Source: Octopus bimaculoides (lineage: Eukaryota). Taken from it: a stretch of DNA of 64,000 nt. The notes below the pieces were generated by a model. That model was not told where the DNA came from and ran no database searches. It was given only the letters and a program-made list of their open reading frames with translations. The stretch is from positions 11,462,874 to 11,526,873 of the forward strand of contig NC_068988.1 in the NCBI RefSeq assembly GCF_001194135.2, read 5' to 3'. A program made the translations under genes and the position numbers. This document shows, in pieces, positions 48,912-61,389 of this stretch; within the stretch, counting starts at the first letter, position 1, and each line of letters starts with the position of its first letter.

Positions 48912-49172
48912 CGAAAAGTAAGGGTCCGGCCTATAATAATTGGTGCGTTAGGAACAATAAGCAAAGATATAGGCAAATGGCTGAAGGTGATTGAAATAGA
49001 AAGGCTGGTAGAGCTACTACAGAAAGTTTGCCTCTTCGGGACAGCAAGGATTCTGTGGAGGATTCTAAGCAGTTGAAAGGCTGCTGAAAACTTGTCGATA
49101 GCTAAGTCTACACGTACTAATCCGGGAATAAGACCGAATATGAGCCAAACCAAAATAATAATAATGATAATA
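48912..49172 (+). mobile_element. 3' end of an RLE-type non-LTR retrotransposon (R4/Dong/NeSL-like) with (AAT)n tail
   Basis: VRVRPIIIGALGTISKDIGKWLKVIEI...LLQKVCLFGTARILWRIL* (stop 49074-49076), short 3'UTR, AATAATAAT. Confidence 0.8.
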
Positions 49173-49179
49173 CTTTCTA

Positions 49180-49260
49180 CTAAAGGGACAATCCCTGAAA
49201 TTTGAGGGGAACAGGTTAGTCAATTACATCAACCTCAGTGCCCGATTCTTTGTTTTATTC
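49180..49260 (-). mobile_element. Family B SINE 3' fragment
   Basis: AATTACATCAACCTCAGTGC...TTTTATTCACCCTGAAGG is the reverse complement of the family B domain. Confidence 0.6.
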
Positions 49261-49568
49261 ACCCTGAAGGAGGTGATGTAACAAGTACCAGTTAAGCCGA
49301 TGGAATCGATTAGGCCATTCCCTTAAATTCCAACCTTTCTGTCTATTGCAGAGATGATTCTTCTTCTCATTATTATTATTATTATTACTAATAAAAATAG
49401 CAATAAGAACAACAATAGCAACAACAACAATAAACAATGGAAGAATATTGTTATTCTCTCACATCAACAAAAAATTACATGAACGCTGCTTCGACTATGT
49501 AACAACACGACGACAGTGAATGCAGCAATACGGCAGAAACAATCTTTATTGAACAATTAAACAATAAG

Positions 49569-49628
<60 letters not shown>

Positions 49629-49831
49629 AACAACAACAATATTGACAATCTAAGCCACAATCGCAAAACAGTAATACATTTTCGATATTTGTGTTAATTT
49701 TTTCTTTTTTGCGTATACATATATATGCGGAGTGTGTGTTTAGTATGTGCATGGATGTATGTGTGTGTACGGGAGTGCCAGAGCGTCTCTACGTGTGACT
49801 GTGTGCGTGTCTGTGTTTATGTATATGTGTA

Positions 49832-49890
<59 letters not shown>

Positions 49891-50141
49891 NNNNNNNNNN
49901 NNNNNNNNNNNNNNNNNNNNNNNNNNNNNNNNNNNNNNNNNNNNNNNNNNNNNNNNNNNNNNNNNNNNNNNNNNNNNNNNNNNNNNNNNNNNNNNNNNNN
50001 NNNNNNNNNNNNNNNNNNNNNNNNNNNNNNNNNNNNNNNNNNNNNNNNNNNNNNNNNNNNNNNNNNNNNNNNNNNNNNNNNNNNNNNNNNNNNNNNNNNN
50101 NNNNNNNNNNNNNNNNNNNNNNNNNNNNNNNNNNNNNNNNN

Positions 50142-50198
<57 letters not shown>

Positions 50199-50324
50199 AA
50201 TACATAGATATATACATATATACATATACATAGATATTTACATATACATATATATATACATACATATAAACACACACATATATATGGCTGTATCTGTGTC
50301 TTAACATTCTCTTGTTTTCTCTTC

Positions 50325-50375
<51 letters not shown>

Positions 50376-50406
50376 TATGTATGTATGTATATAGACATAC
50401 ACATAT

Positions 50407-50453
<47 letters not shown>

Positions 50454-50463
50454 NNNNNNNNNN

Positions 50464-50515
<52 letters not shown>

Positions 50516-50528
50516 CGAGAGATCGATT

Positions 50529-50582
<54 letters not shown>

Positions 50583-51009
50583 AATAGATATATATATATA
50601 TACCTGTGTGTATGCATATATAAATACGTTCATGTGTTTATGTGTTTGTGTTTACGACTACAAGCCGCCGTGTGTATGTACGTATCACTTAAAGGTGCAA
50701 CAGTCCTACCAGCACACATAATACTTGTAGAATGATGCATACATTTTTACGTTAGACATAATCAGTATGTCCTAGTACTCTGCCTATGTCGTTCGAACAT
50801 GACTGCTACGGAGATAATTCATAGACGTGTGATGATACGCCGCAACCACTCTGCGCATGTGTCTGTGAATCTGTGAAGGTGAGGTTGCATACGGAACTAC
50901 GAAGCGCCTGAGCATGAGCGCCTCATACACGAGTGACGCAAATTGTACGTGTTTCTGGTGCATGCGTTGGCGCTGCGTGTCCTCGTATAAACATGTCATG
51001 TTGTATGCT

Positions 51010-51059
<50 letters not shown>

Positions 51060-51074
51060 TATATATATATATAC

Positions 51075-51106
<32 letters not shown>

Positions 51107-52164
51107 TTATATAAATATAAATATATTATATATATATATANNNNNNNNNNNNNNNNNNNNNNNNNNNNNNNNNNNNNNNNNNNNNNNNNNNNNNNNNNNN
51201 NNNNNNNNNNNNNNNNNNNNNNNNNNNNNNNNNNNNNNNNNNNNNNNNNNNNNNNNNNNNNNNNNNNNNNNNNNNNNNNNNNNNNNNNNNNNNNNNNNNN
51301 NNNNNNNNNNNNNNNNNNNNNNNNNNNNNNNNNNNNNNNNNNNNNNNNNNNNNNNNNNNNNNNNNNNNNNNNNNNNNNNNNNNNNNNNNNNNNNNNNNNN
51401 NNNNNNNNNNNNNNNNNNNNNNNNNNNNNNNNNNNNNNNNNNNNNNNNNNNNNNNNNNNNNNNNNNNNNNNNNNNNNNNNNNNNNNNNNNNNNNNNNNNN
51501 NNNNNNNNNNNNNNNNNNNNNNNNNNNNNNNNNNNNNNNNNNNNNNNNNNNNNNNNNNNNNNNNNNNNNNNNNNNNNNNNNNNNNNNNNNNNNNNNNNNN
51601 NNNNNNNNNNNNNNNNNNNNNNNNNNNNNNNNNNNNNNNNNNNNNNNNNNNNNNNNNNNNNNNNNNNNNNNNNNNNNNNNNNNNNNNNNNNNNNNNNNNN
51701 NNNNNNNNNNNNNNNNNNNNNNNNNNNNNNNNNNNNNNNNNNNNNNNNNNNNNNNNNNNNNNNNNNNNNNNNNNNNNNNNNNNNNNNNNNNNNNNNNNNN
51801 NNNNNNNNNNNNNNNNNNNNNNNNNNNNNNNNNNNNNNNNNNNNNNNNNNNNNNNNNNNNNNNNNNNNNNNNNNNNNNNNNNNNNNNNNNNNNNNNNNNN
51901 NNNNNNNNNNNNNNNNNNNNNNNNNNNNNNNNNNNNNNNNNNNNNNNNNNNNNNNNNNAAATTGAATATACGCATGCGTGTATGTTTGTATATGTACGAG
52001 CGTGTGTTTGTCTCTTTTCATTCTGGGAATTCTTCCAGTAAAAATCACCTTGTTTCTAACAAAGAGACGAAGCAACATCGTTGGAATTTAGGTAACAAAT
52101 ATGCTTAAAAGTTACCTGTTGAATCTAAGAAAAGTTCTGGGTATTTCATCTTTAATATTTTAGT

Positions 52165-52636
52165 TCTTTTCAGTCATTGAACTACGGCCATGCTAGAGCA
52201 CAATCTTTGAGGGTTTGTCAAACAAACTGACCTCGGTTCTTCTTCTTATTTTTTTAGGGGTGGGGATCAGGTATTTATGCTGTTGGTCTCTATTGCCAAA
52301 CAGATAAATTATCGAGACGTAACCGAACTAACAACGGTTGTCAAATAATTACAAACACGAAATATATGCATAAATATTATATGAATGTTAAGTATATGAA
52401 TATATATTATCAATTATTAATATGCACACACATATAAAAGTATGTATGTATATGTATGCAATAAAACGACGGGTGTCCACAAAGTTTCTATCTACCAAAT
52501 CCACGCATAACCCATTGATCCACCGGAAGCCAAACCAGAAAACATTTACTCAAGGTACCGCACACATCGATTGAACCTGAAACCACGAGCTTTGGAAGCG
52601 AGCATCTAACGCACATATGCACACATGCATGCGCCT
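52165..52636 (-). mobile_element. Diverged family A CORE-SINE
   Basis: Tail TTTTCAGTCATTGAACTACGGCCATGC; CTATCTACCAAATCCAC; CTCAAGGTACCGCAC. Confidence 0.7.
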
Positions 52637-52707
52637 TTCACTGTTGCTAACTAGGCACTTTGTTTGCCTGAAAAGAAGACATTTTCCAGATCGTATTTCA
52701 ACACATT

Positions 52708-52927
52708 GTTGGCACTCCGTCGCTTACGACGTCGAGGGTTCCAGTTGATCTGATCAACGGAACAGCCTGCTCGTGAAATTAACGTGCAAGTGGCTGAGCA
52801 CTCCACAGACACGTATACCCTTAACGTAGTTCTCGAGGATATCCAGCGTGACACAGTGTGACAAGGCTGGCCCTTTGAAATACAGGCACAACAGAAATAG
52901 GAAGAAAGAGTGAGAGAAAGTTGTGGT
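52708..52927 (-). mobile_element. Family C SINE 3' part (young copy, cut by a gap)
   Basis: Reverse complement contains CTACGTTAAGGGTATACGTGTCTGTGGAG...CGTCGTAAGCG, homologous to 11510-11605. Confidence 0.7.
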
Positions 52928-53259
52928 NNNNNNNNNNNNNNNNNNNNNNNNNNNNNNNNNNNNNNNNNNNNNNNNNNNNNNNNNNNNNNNNNNNNNNNNN
53001 NNNNNNNNNNNNNNNNNNNNNNNNNNNNNNNNNNNNNNNNNNNNNNNNNNNNNNNNNNNNNNNNNNNNNNNNNNNNNNNNNNNNNNNNNNNNNNNNNNNN
53101 NNNNNNNNNNNNNNNNNNNNNNNNNNNNNNNNNNNNNNNNNNNNNNNNNNNNNNNNNNNNNNNNNNNNNNNNNNNNNNNNNNNNTTTGTCAGTATCTTTA
53201 AATGAAAATTATTGCAACTTAATTATAATAATAAAATTATCTTAAATTAAATTATCACA

Positions 53260-53516
53260 GCAGGAGTGGCTGTGTGGTAAGTAGCTAGGCGCAGGAGTGG
53301 CTGTGTGGTAAGTAGCTAGGCGCAGGAGTGGCTGTGTGGTAAGTAGCTTGCTTACCAACCACATGGTTCCATGTTCAGTCCCACTGCGTGGCACTTTGGG
53401 CAAGTATCTTCTATTACAGCCTTTGGCCGAATGAAGCCTTGTGAGTGGATTTGGTAGACAGAAACTGAAAAGAATCCCGTTGTATATATGTATATGTATA
53501 TATATGTGTGTGTGTG

Positions 53517-53551
<35 letters not shown>

Positions 53552-53740
53552 ATTTTCCCCCCAGCATCGCTTGACAACCGCTGCTGGTGTGTTTACGTCC
53601 CCGTAACCAAGCAGTTCGACAAAAGAGACCAATAGAATAAGTACTAGGCTTACAAAGTGTAAGTCCTGGGGTCGGTTTTCTCGACTAAAGGAGGTGCTCC
53701 AGCATGGCTGCAGTCAAATGACTGAAACAAGTAAAAGAGT
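53260..53740 (+). mobile_element. Full-length family A CORE-SINE with triplicated 31-bp 5' end
   Basis: GCAGGAGTGGCTGTGTGGTAAGTAGCT at 53260, 53291 and 53322; CACTTTGGGCAAGT CORE; tail GTCAAATGACTGAAACAAGTAAAAGAG. Confidence 0.9.
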
Positions 53741-54289
53741 ATAACTAGGAGCTGACACACATTACAGCGAATAGTTTTTGCTTTTGTTGTAAATACTTAT
53801 TTCTGAGTTAATGGGTTTATATTTCGTGGCAACTTGCACGTGATTTATTCTCACTTGACATACATCAGCATGCAACAGCAAATAATTTGCTTGCTGAAAT
53901 TATAAGAAAAACCCACACGTCCAGAATTAGCCTTGGCTGAGGAGACAAAGTGATGTTGAAACACCGGGTGTCTCAATTTCCCTTTACGCTAATGAATTGA
54001 GTGTAATGAAAGTACATGCATCTGAAAGGCGAGTTGTTCTCTAGTGAAGAAATTCAAAAGCGATTAACATATTCAGTTTTGAATCTACTGGAATGTATTA
54101 AGAATAGACATGCATATCATCGTTTTGATTCTCACACAACAATTTATTTTATAGGAATGGTTTACAAATATTTTTATGTTGGAACATTGCTATATTCAGC
54201 ATTTTTTTCTTCATTTTACCGTAAAGGCTATGAAATGTCTGGAATCGTTATAATATTGATTACAATATCTCGCAGTATTTATTCTCACT

Positions 54290-55020
54290 TTTTAACTTGT
54301 GATGACGAGGCCTGCGACAATACATATAGAAACACTTGTGACCTTTCAGGTAAAGCCTGCCCTTTCGAAAACACTAGTTGTGTTTTTTGGGTAGACTTGC
54401 ATACACGAAAAACTGCTTGTCTTATATATCAATAAATATATTTGCTAGGCATGCGCACACATATGTAGATAGACAGTCGACTAAGAACTGTCGGCGTCTC
54501 TTAATTTGTTGCCTCATTTTTCTCATTCCCAATGTCTGACTTTATATATTGTTTCTGCAACAGTATACCGTATTGGAAGATAATATTTTCATGAGATTCC
54601 TGGCCAACTCCTGTTCACAAACGTAACGTCTTACACAAATATATGACATAATCAATATTTTTACCGCCTTTTCAAGAATTATCATCTTCTCTATTTCATA
54701 TATTCAACAAATATTTAGTTACCATCTTTTAATTTTGGACCGCAATAGCATAATCTTCGATATATGACGTAAAGTTAATAGTCACAAGTCATAGGCAAGG
54801 CAACATTTCTTATCGATATCGGAATCATTGCCAAATTCCAATGAACATATTCATGGAAAATTTTATGTTGGTAAGCAGAGAATTTTCCCTTCTATTCTTT
54901 GTTGATGTACGATCGAACAATAGTTTTGAAATGGCTTCCAATGTCATCGAGAAGTGGTTAATTCTTGGAGAATCTGCTTCCCAACTTGTAGATTATTGGT
55001 TTCTCTTACGCTGCAAAATT
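54290..55020 (-). pseudogene. Highly decayed RTE-clade LINE relic
   Basis: LGSRFSKN*PLLDDI, LRHISKI, WPG...LPIR...GNKLRD, VFER, CRRP..KLKS in RTE motif order. Confidence 0.4.
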
Positions 55021-55340
55021 TGAGATATTTGTGTTTGCTATTGTTTGTCTTACTGGAATTGTCTGGCTAACATTATACAGCACCGGAAAGCTCTCTGGTT
55101 CGACCGTAAAATTCTTCCGCCATTGGATTGCAGCCATGCTCGATCACCACCTTGAAGGGCTGTCGTCGAACAAATCGATACCACTACTTACTTTTTAAAG
55201 TCTGGAATTACTTATTGGGTTCCCTTATGCCGAACCGTTAAGTTGCAAGAACGTACGTAAAAGTGTGCCAGTAGTCAGACTGTGGGGTGGAGTGGACAGA
55301 CACGCACGCGTACGCACACATGCATGCATACACATACACA

Positions 55341-55546
55341 TAATAAAAACAACATCCGAAAATACCTTAGGAATGAGAACCCAGGTTCGAAATTTCCCTA
55401 AGACTCCTGATGAAGGCTGGAGGGTATATCAGCCGAAACGTTTCGTTAACAACAAACAAGACGAGGACAAATATACATCAAATGTAAATAATCTAAATAA
55501 TGTAAATAATGTACACAATTCCTCATCTTTTAAATATAGAACTGTA
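55341..55546 (+). mobile_element. tRNA-headed hammerhead retroposon, copy C (5'-truncated, headless)
   Basis: AACATCCGAAAATACCTTAGGAATGAGAACCCAGG...CTGATGAAGGCTGGAGGGTATATCAGCCGAAACGTT...(TGTAAATAA)n...ATATAGAACTGTA. Confidence 0.9.
55402..55447 (+). ncRNA. Hammerhead motif of copy C (stem I mutated)
   Basis: Core CTGATGA 55407-55413, perfect stem II GGCTG/CAGCC, GAAACGTT; stem I GACTC/TCGTT is disrupted. Confidence 0.65.
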
Positions 55547-55810
55547 TTATCTATTTTATGTTAAGTCCAAAAATTGAATTTTGATATTACGTTTCATTGT
55601 TAGTTACTTGTGTTTCGACAATACATGGTAGATATATTTTTCATGAATATGACTAAAAATACAAATGGTTTTGTAATAGTACAACGCATTACATACATGT
55701 GATCCATGTTTATCTTATCAGACGAGATTAAATTGCAATAATACCTAAAGGATAAATGTGAAGAATACCAAACGTTCAATATTTTGGCTTAATACATTAT
55801 ACTCCACAAT

Positions 55811-56458
55811 AAGCCAGCGAGTTGGAAGAATCGTTAGGATACCGGAGAAATGCTTAGCGGCATTTCGTCCGTCTTTATGTTCTGAGTTCAAATTCCGCCG
55901 AGGTCGACTTTGACTTTCATCCTTTCGGGATCGATAAATTAAGTACCAGTTGCGTACTGGGGTCCATCTAATCGACTGGCCCCTCTCCCCCAAAATTTCG
56001 GGCCTTGTGTCTAGAGTAGAAAAGAATCGTTAGCAAGCCGGGCAAAATGCTTAGCGGTATTTCGTCTGTCTTTATGTCCTGAGTTCAAATTCCGCCGTGG
56101 TCGAATTTGACTTTCATCTTTTCGCTGTCGATAAATTAAGTACCAGTTGCGTACTGAGGTCGATCTAATCAACTCACGCCCGCTTCCGAAATTGCTGGCC
56201 TTGTGCCAAAATTCGATATCACTATGTTATAGAATACTCTAAGGCAGTACGCTGGTAGAATCGTAGGCACGCCGAGGGAAATGCTTAGTAGCATTTGGTC
56301 CGTCTTTACGTTCTGAGTTCAAATTCTGCCAAGGACGACTTTGACATTCATCCTTCGAGCTCGATAAAATAAGTACCAATTGTGTACTGGGGGCCGATGT
56401 AATCGACTTATTCCATTCCCCACGAACTTGCAGAACTTCTGCCAAAATTTGAAACCGC
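55811..56458 (+). mobile_element. Three head-to-tail family B SINEs
   Basis: GAATCGTTAG...GAGTTCAAATTC at about 55828, 56024 and 56258. Confidence 0.9.
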
Positions 56459-56804
56459 TGTTTTACACTACACAACTAACTTATTGGAATTTCGGTCGGT
56501 ATGTGTATTTGTTTTCAGAAAACTACTCACTTTAGCCATTCTGTTAGCTTGTATTTTCTGGTGCACTGACCGGAAATCCAGCTCGGATTTAATAATCCCT
56601 TTGTATTTCCTATGTTATAATATATTTTTGATCAATGGCAAGGTTGCAGCAAAAAATTACGCACGTTACAGCAATAAAAATACAATAATATTATATCTGA
56701 TATCTGTCTACTGAAAATGTAAGAGATAACATTATATATATATATATATATCTTCTTCGAAACGAGAAAATAGATAGATACATACATACATACATACATA
56801 CATA

Positions 56805-57020
56805 GGAGGCGGCGCGCTGGCAGAAACGTTAGCGTGCCGGGCGAAATGCTTAGTGGTATTTCGTCTGCCGTTACGTTCTGAGTTCAAATTCTGCCGAGGT
56901 CGACTTTGCCTTTCATCCTTTTGAGGTCGATAAATATAAAGTACCAGTTACGCACTGGGGTCGATGTAATTGACGTAATCCTTTTGTCTGTCCTTGTTTG
57001 TCCCCTCTATGTTTAGCTCC
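56805..57020 (+). mobile_element. Family B SINE (subfamily shared with 29058-29279)
   Basis: GCTGGCAGAAACGTTAGCG head and TTTGTCTGTCCTTGTTT tail. Confidence 0.9.
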
Positions 57021-58647
57021 TAAGAAAAATACATAGATAGATGGATGGCTAGATAGATAGATAGATAGATAGATAGGCAAGCAGACAGGCAAAGTGATGA
57101 AAGAGAGTGAGGGAATGACAAGGAGAGAGAGAGGGGGAGAGAGTATTTGAAGTTCGTTGTATATGTTGCGATTCTGGTTTTCCCACGTTAAATTTTCAAG
57201 GTGACAATATTTCTATATCAGCTGAAAATGTCGCTTCTTAATCCAGCTGTTTCTCAATACACACGCGAAAGCTTATATGGCTGCGTGTATGAGTGTGGTA
57301 AGAAAGAAAGAAAGAAAGAAAGAAGAGTAGCAAAGCGTGTTTCAGTTTGTTTTATCGTACAAATATATATAAAAGTGCTCAATACACCTTTATAAGCTAT
57401 TATATAGATGTGTCATCAAGATTACACCGCAAATAGGCACACGACACATATGTACGTATGCACGTATGTAGCTCCATATATGGAAGCCTGTGCTTTCGTA
57501 TATATGGATAGGTGTATGTAATATACGTACGTGTGCGATCTCTGTACGCATGTATGAGTGTACACACATATATATATGTGTGTGTGTGTGCGTGTGTATA
57601 TATACACACATATATGGAAAAAGCATGCATAGACACGTAGTATATATATATATATATATATATATNNNNNNNNNNNNNNNNNNNNNNNNNNNNNNNNNNN
57701 NNNNNNNNNNNNNNNNNNNNNNNNNNNNNNNNNNNNNNNNNNNNNNNNNNNNNNNNNNNNNNNNNNNNNNNNNNNNNNNNNNNNNNNNNNNNNNNNNNNN
57801 NNNNNNNNNNNNNNNNNNNNNNNNNNNNNNNNNNNNNNNNNNNNNNNNNNNNNNNNNNNNNNNNNNNNNNNNNNNNNNNNNNNNNNNNNNNNNNNNNNNN
57901 NNNNNNNNNNNNNNNNNNNNNNNNNNNNNNNNNNNNNNNNNNNNNNNNNNNNNNNNNNNNNNNNNNNNNNNNNNNNNNNNNNNNNNNNNNNNNNNNNNNN
58001 NNNNNNNNNNNNNNNNNNNNNNNNNNNNNNNNNNNNNNNNNNNNNNNNNNNNNNNNNNNNNNNNNNNNNNNNNNNNNNNNNNNNNNNNNNNNNNNNNNNN
58101 NNNNNNNNNNNNNNNNNNNNNNNNNNNNNNNNNNNNNNNNNNNNNNNNNNNNNNNNNNNNNNNNNNNNNNNNNNNNNNNNNNNNNNNNNNNNNNNNNNNN
58201 NNNNNNNNNNNNNNNNNNNNNNNNNNNNNNNNNNNNNNNNNNNNNNNNNNNNNNNNNNNNNNNNNNNNNNNNNNNNNNNNNNNNNNNNNNNNNNNNNNNN
58301 NNNNNNNNNNNNNNNNNNNNNNNNNNNNNNNNNNNNNNNNNNNNNNNNNNNNNNNNNNNNNNNNNNNNNNNNNNNNNNNNNNNNNNNNNNNNNNNNNNNN
58401 NNNNNNNNNNNNNNNNNNNNNNNNNNNNNNNNNNNNNNNNNNNNNNNNNNNNNNNNNNNNNNNNNNNNNNNNNNNNNNNNNNNNNNNNNNNNNNNNNNNN
58501 NNNNNNNNNNNNNNNNNNNNNNNNNNNNNNNNNNNNNNNNNNNNNNNNNNNNNNNNNNNNNNNNNNNNNNNNNNNNNNNNNNNNNNNNNNNNNNNNNNNN
58601 NNNNNNNNNNNNNNNNNNNNNNNNNNNNNNNNNNNNNNNNNNNNNNT

Positions 58648-58689
58648 GTAGGTAGGTAGGTAGGTAGGTAGGTAGATAGATAAATAGTA

Positions 58690-58722
<33 letters not shown>

Positions 58723-58739
58723 GAGAGAGAGAGAGCGCG

Positions 58740-58778
<39 letters not shown>

Positions 58779-58904
58779 TAGACAGACAGAGGTAGTGAGG
58801 ACAGAAAGGCAGATTGACAGATTGATAGGTAAACTGATGACAGATAGATGGACAGATAGCTAGATAGACAGACAGTCACATAGCAAGAGAGAGAGACAGG
58901 CAGC

Positions 58905-58950
<46 letters not shown>

Positions 58951-59042
58951 CAGAGACAGACAGATAGATAGATAGATAGATAGATAGATACATACATACA
59001 TACATACATACATACATACATACATACATACATACATACATA
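58648..59042. repeat. Compound (GTAG)(GA)(GACA)(GATA)(CATA)n microsatellite
   Basis: Direct reading. Confidence 0.95.
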
Positions 59043-59656
59043 GACAGTTTGTTAGACTGTTAGATATCCGGGTAGAATATGTACCTCCGTTGATTGGCTA
59101 CTTGGTAAGTGTGTGAAGAGGTATACATATGTGAGCATGTTATATATATATATATCTGTGTGTTTATATGCGTGCATATATGTGTGTAGATAACTAGGAA
59201 TGTGACTAGGTCGGAAGGTAGGGAGTTTTAGGTAGGGAGGTGTAGATCGGTAGGAGGCTGGGTAGTTAGCTCGCCATGTGAGCTGATATATACAGGAGTA
59301 GTTAAGGCCTCTATTTAAATTAATGGGTAACCATGATGTTGATAAATCTCAGTTCTATGAACGACTTTCCACTTATGACAACCCAGTATTATTCTCACTG
59401 GTGATGTACCTACGACTACTTTACACAATGTTTCGTGTTTTTAAGATGCCACGATGCGTTTTGAGAGGGGATTTGGCTGTGATATCTAACAGGTTTAACG
59501 ACCACATACTCTCTCTTTCAGATCACATATAAAAAATAAACACATCTACAAAAAATACATATTCTCTCTCTTTCTCTCTCTCTCTCTCTCTCGCTCTCTC
59601 TCTCCATCTCTCTCTCTCGCTCTCTCTCTCCATCTCTCTCTCGCTCTCTCTCTCCA

Positions 59657-59710
<54 letters not shown>

Positions 59711-61389
59711 TCCTCCACGCACACACACACAATGACACATATACATATACACATAGATGCGTATATTCATATACGTATGTACGTAGGTAAATAGGTACAG
59801 AGGTGAAAATATGTTTGTGTATTTATGCGTTTATATATANNNNNNNNNNNNNNNNNNNNNNNNNNNNNNNNNNNNNNNNNNNNNNNNNNNNNNNNNNNNN
59901 NNNNNNNNNNNNNNNNNNNNNNNNNNNNNNNNNNNNNNNNNNNNNNNNNNNNNNNNNNNNNNNNNNNNNNNNNNNNNNNNNNNNNNNNNNNNNNNNNNNN
60001 NNNNNNNNNNNNNNNNNNNNNNNNNNNNNNNNNNNNNNNNNNNNNNNNNNNNNNNNNNNNNNNNNNNNNNNNNNNNNNNNNNNNNNNNNNNNNNNNNNNN
60101 NNNNNNNNNNNNNNNNNNNNNNNNNNNNNNNNNNNNNNNNNNNNNNNNNNNNNNNNNNNNNNNNNNNNNNNNNNNNNNNNNNNNNNNNNNNNNNNNNNNN
60201 NNNNNNNNNNNNNNNNNNNNNGACAGAAGAAACGCTGGCTGATAAACACAAAGACATTGACAAATATATTTAAAGACGAGCAAATAGACAGATGGACAGA
60301 CAGATAAAATGGGTAACCTTGTATGGATGCATGTTTTTTTGTGTTTTTTTTTTGCTTCTTGTTTTATATATATACACATATGTGTACACATATAAACGTA
60401 GATAATACACACACAAATGTACAGACGCATACACGCAAACACACACAAATATATATAATTGTGTGTGTGCGCATGTGTATGTATGTGTGTGAAATTATCG
60501 TTACTGGATTCTGCTGTCAATTTCGCCCTATGACTGTCTAACAGCATTTTTTTTTGTTTGCTTTTAGTTTTTGTATATTCGTTTATTTTGTTTTAGATTT
60601 GATATATCTGTCTCTTTTATGATGCTTTAATCCAGCCACCTATTTACAGACAAGTCCACAGATTGGACATATGAAAGGATTGCTGTACAAAGCGGCCGGC
60701 ATTTTAGCGTGAGACTTAGTCTTCGCTCTAAGTTCTATAAGAAGATCTAGTCGGCCCAGTTCATAGTTCTTTATGGTCTCATATCAAAAGAAAACCCATG
60801 TACTGCGATTCGTTGCAGTGTTTTTTTCTTTTTACAAATGTTACTGTGGAAATCTTTATAACTTTGAAGTTAGTTTTAGATCATATATATGTAGTTCATT
60901 GCGGTTGGTCGATAAGAATGGTCATGTGATTAGAAAGATTGATTCTTTACACACTCGTTCCAAGTTCGTTTTTGCAACGCTACGATTTTGAAAAATGCTT
61001 CCATTTTATTCATGTGTTGACCAACATATTCGAAGATGAAAACTGTGCGAAAGTCTGCTAAAGTCGATGGGAGTTCGTCTGTGTGTTGTATATATATAAA
61101 CACGTATGTGCGTGTGTGTGTGTGTGTGTGTGTTGTATTTATCTCTGTACGGTCCTCTGTTCGTGCTAGAAGACTTTTCATTTTCACTGTAACTCTCGGT
61201 CTTTGAGTTACTCTGCAACTTCCACCGATTATTAATTTTAAAAAAAGAGCATATAAAAATACATGTAAATTCATGTTCTGAGCTTCGTATATAATACTGA
61301 AGTGGAGCGAATGTCTCCAAGGCCCATATGACCTAAGATATCTTTAAAATATTGTTTGCCTAACTATATGTGATAGGGCACAATGAAAA

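Noticed and set aside
54016-54435. 139-aa ORF, the longest stop-free frame in non-microsatellite sequence
   Set aside because: No recognisable domain, and its 3' part is antisense to a decayed RTE relic. A chance open frame is plausible, though not excluded.
100-60547. Most long ORFs in the track (HT/CV/YI/RE/LS-rich, poly-D/V/M, or X-filled)
   Set aside because: They are translations of di- and trinucleotide microsatellites or run through N-gaps, with no protein-like complexity.
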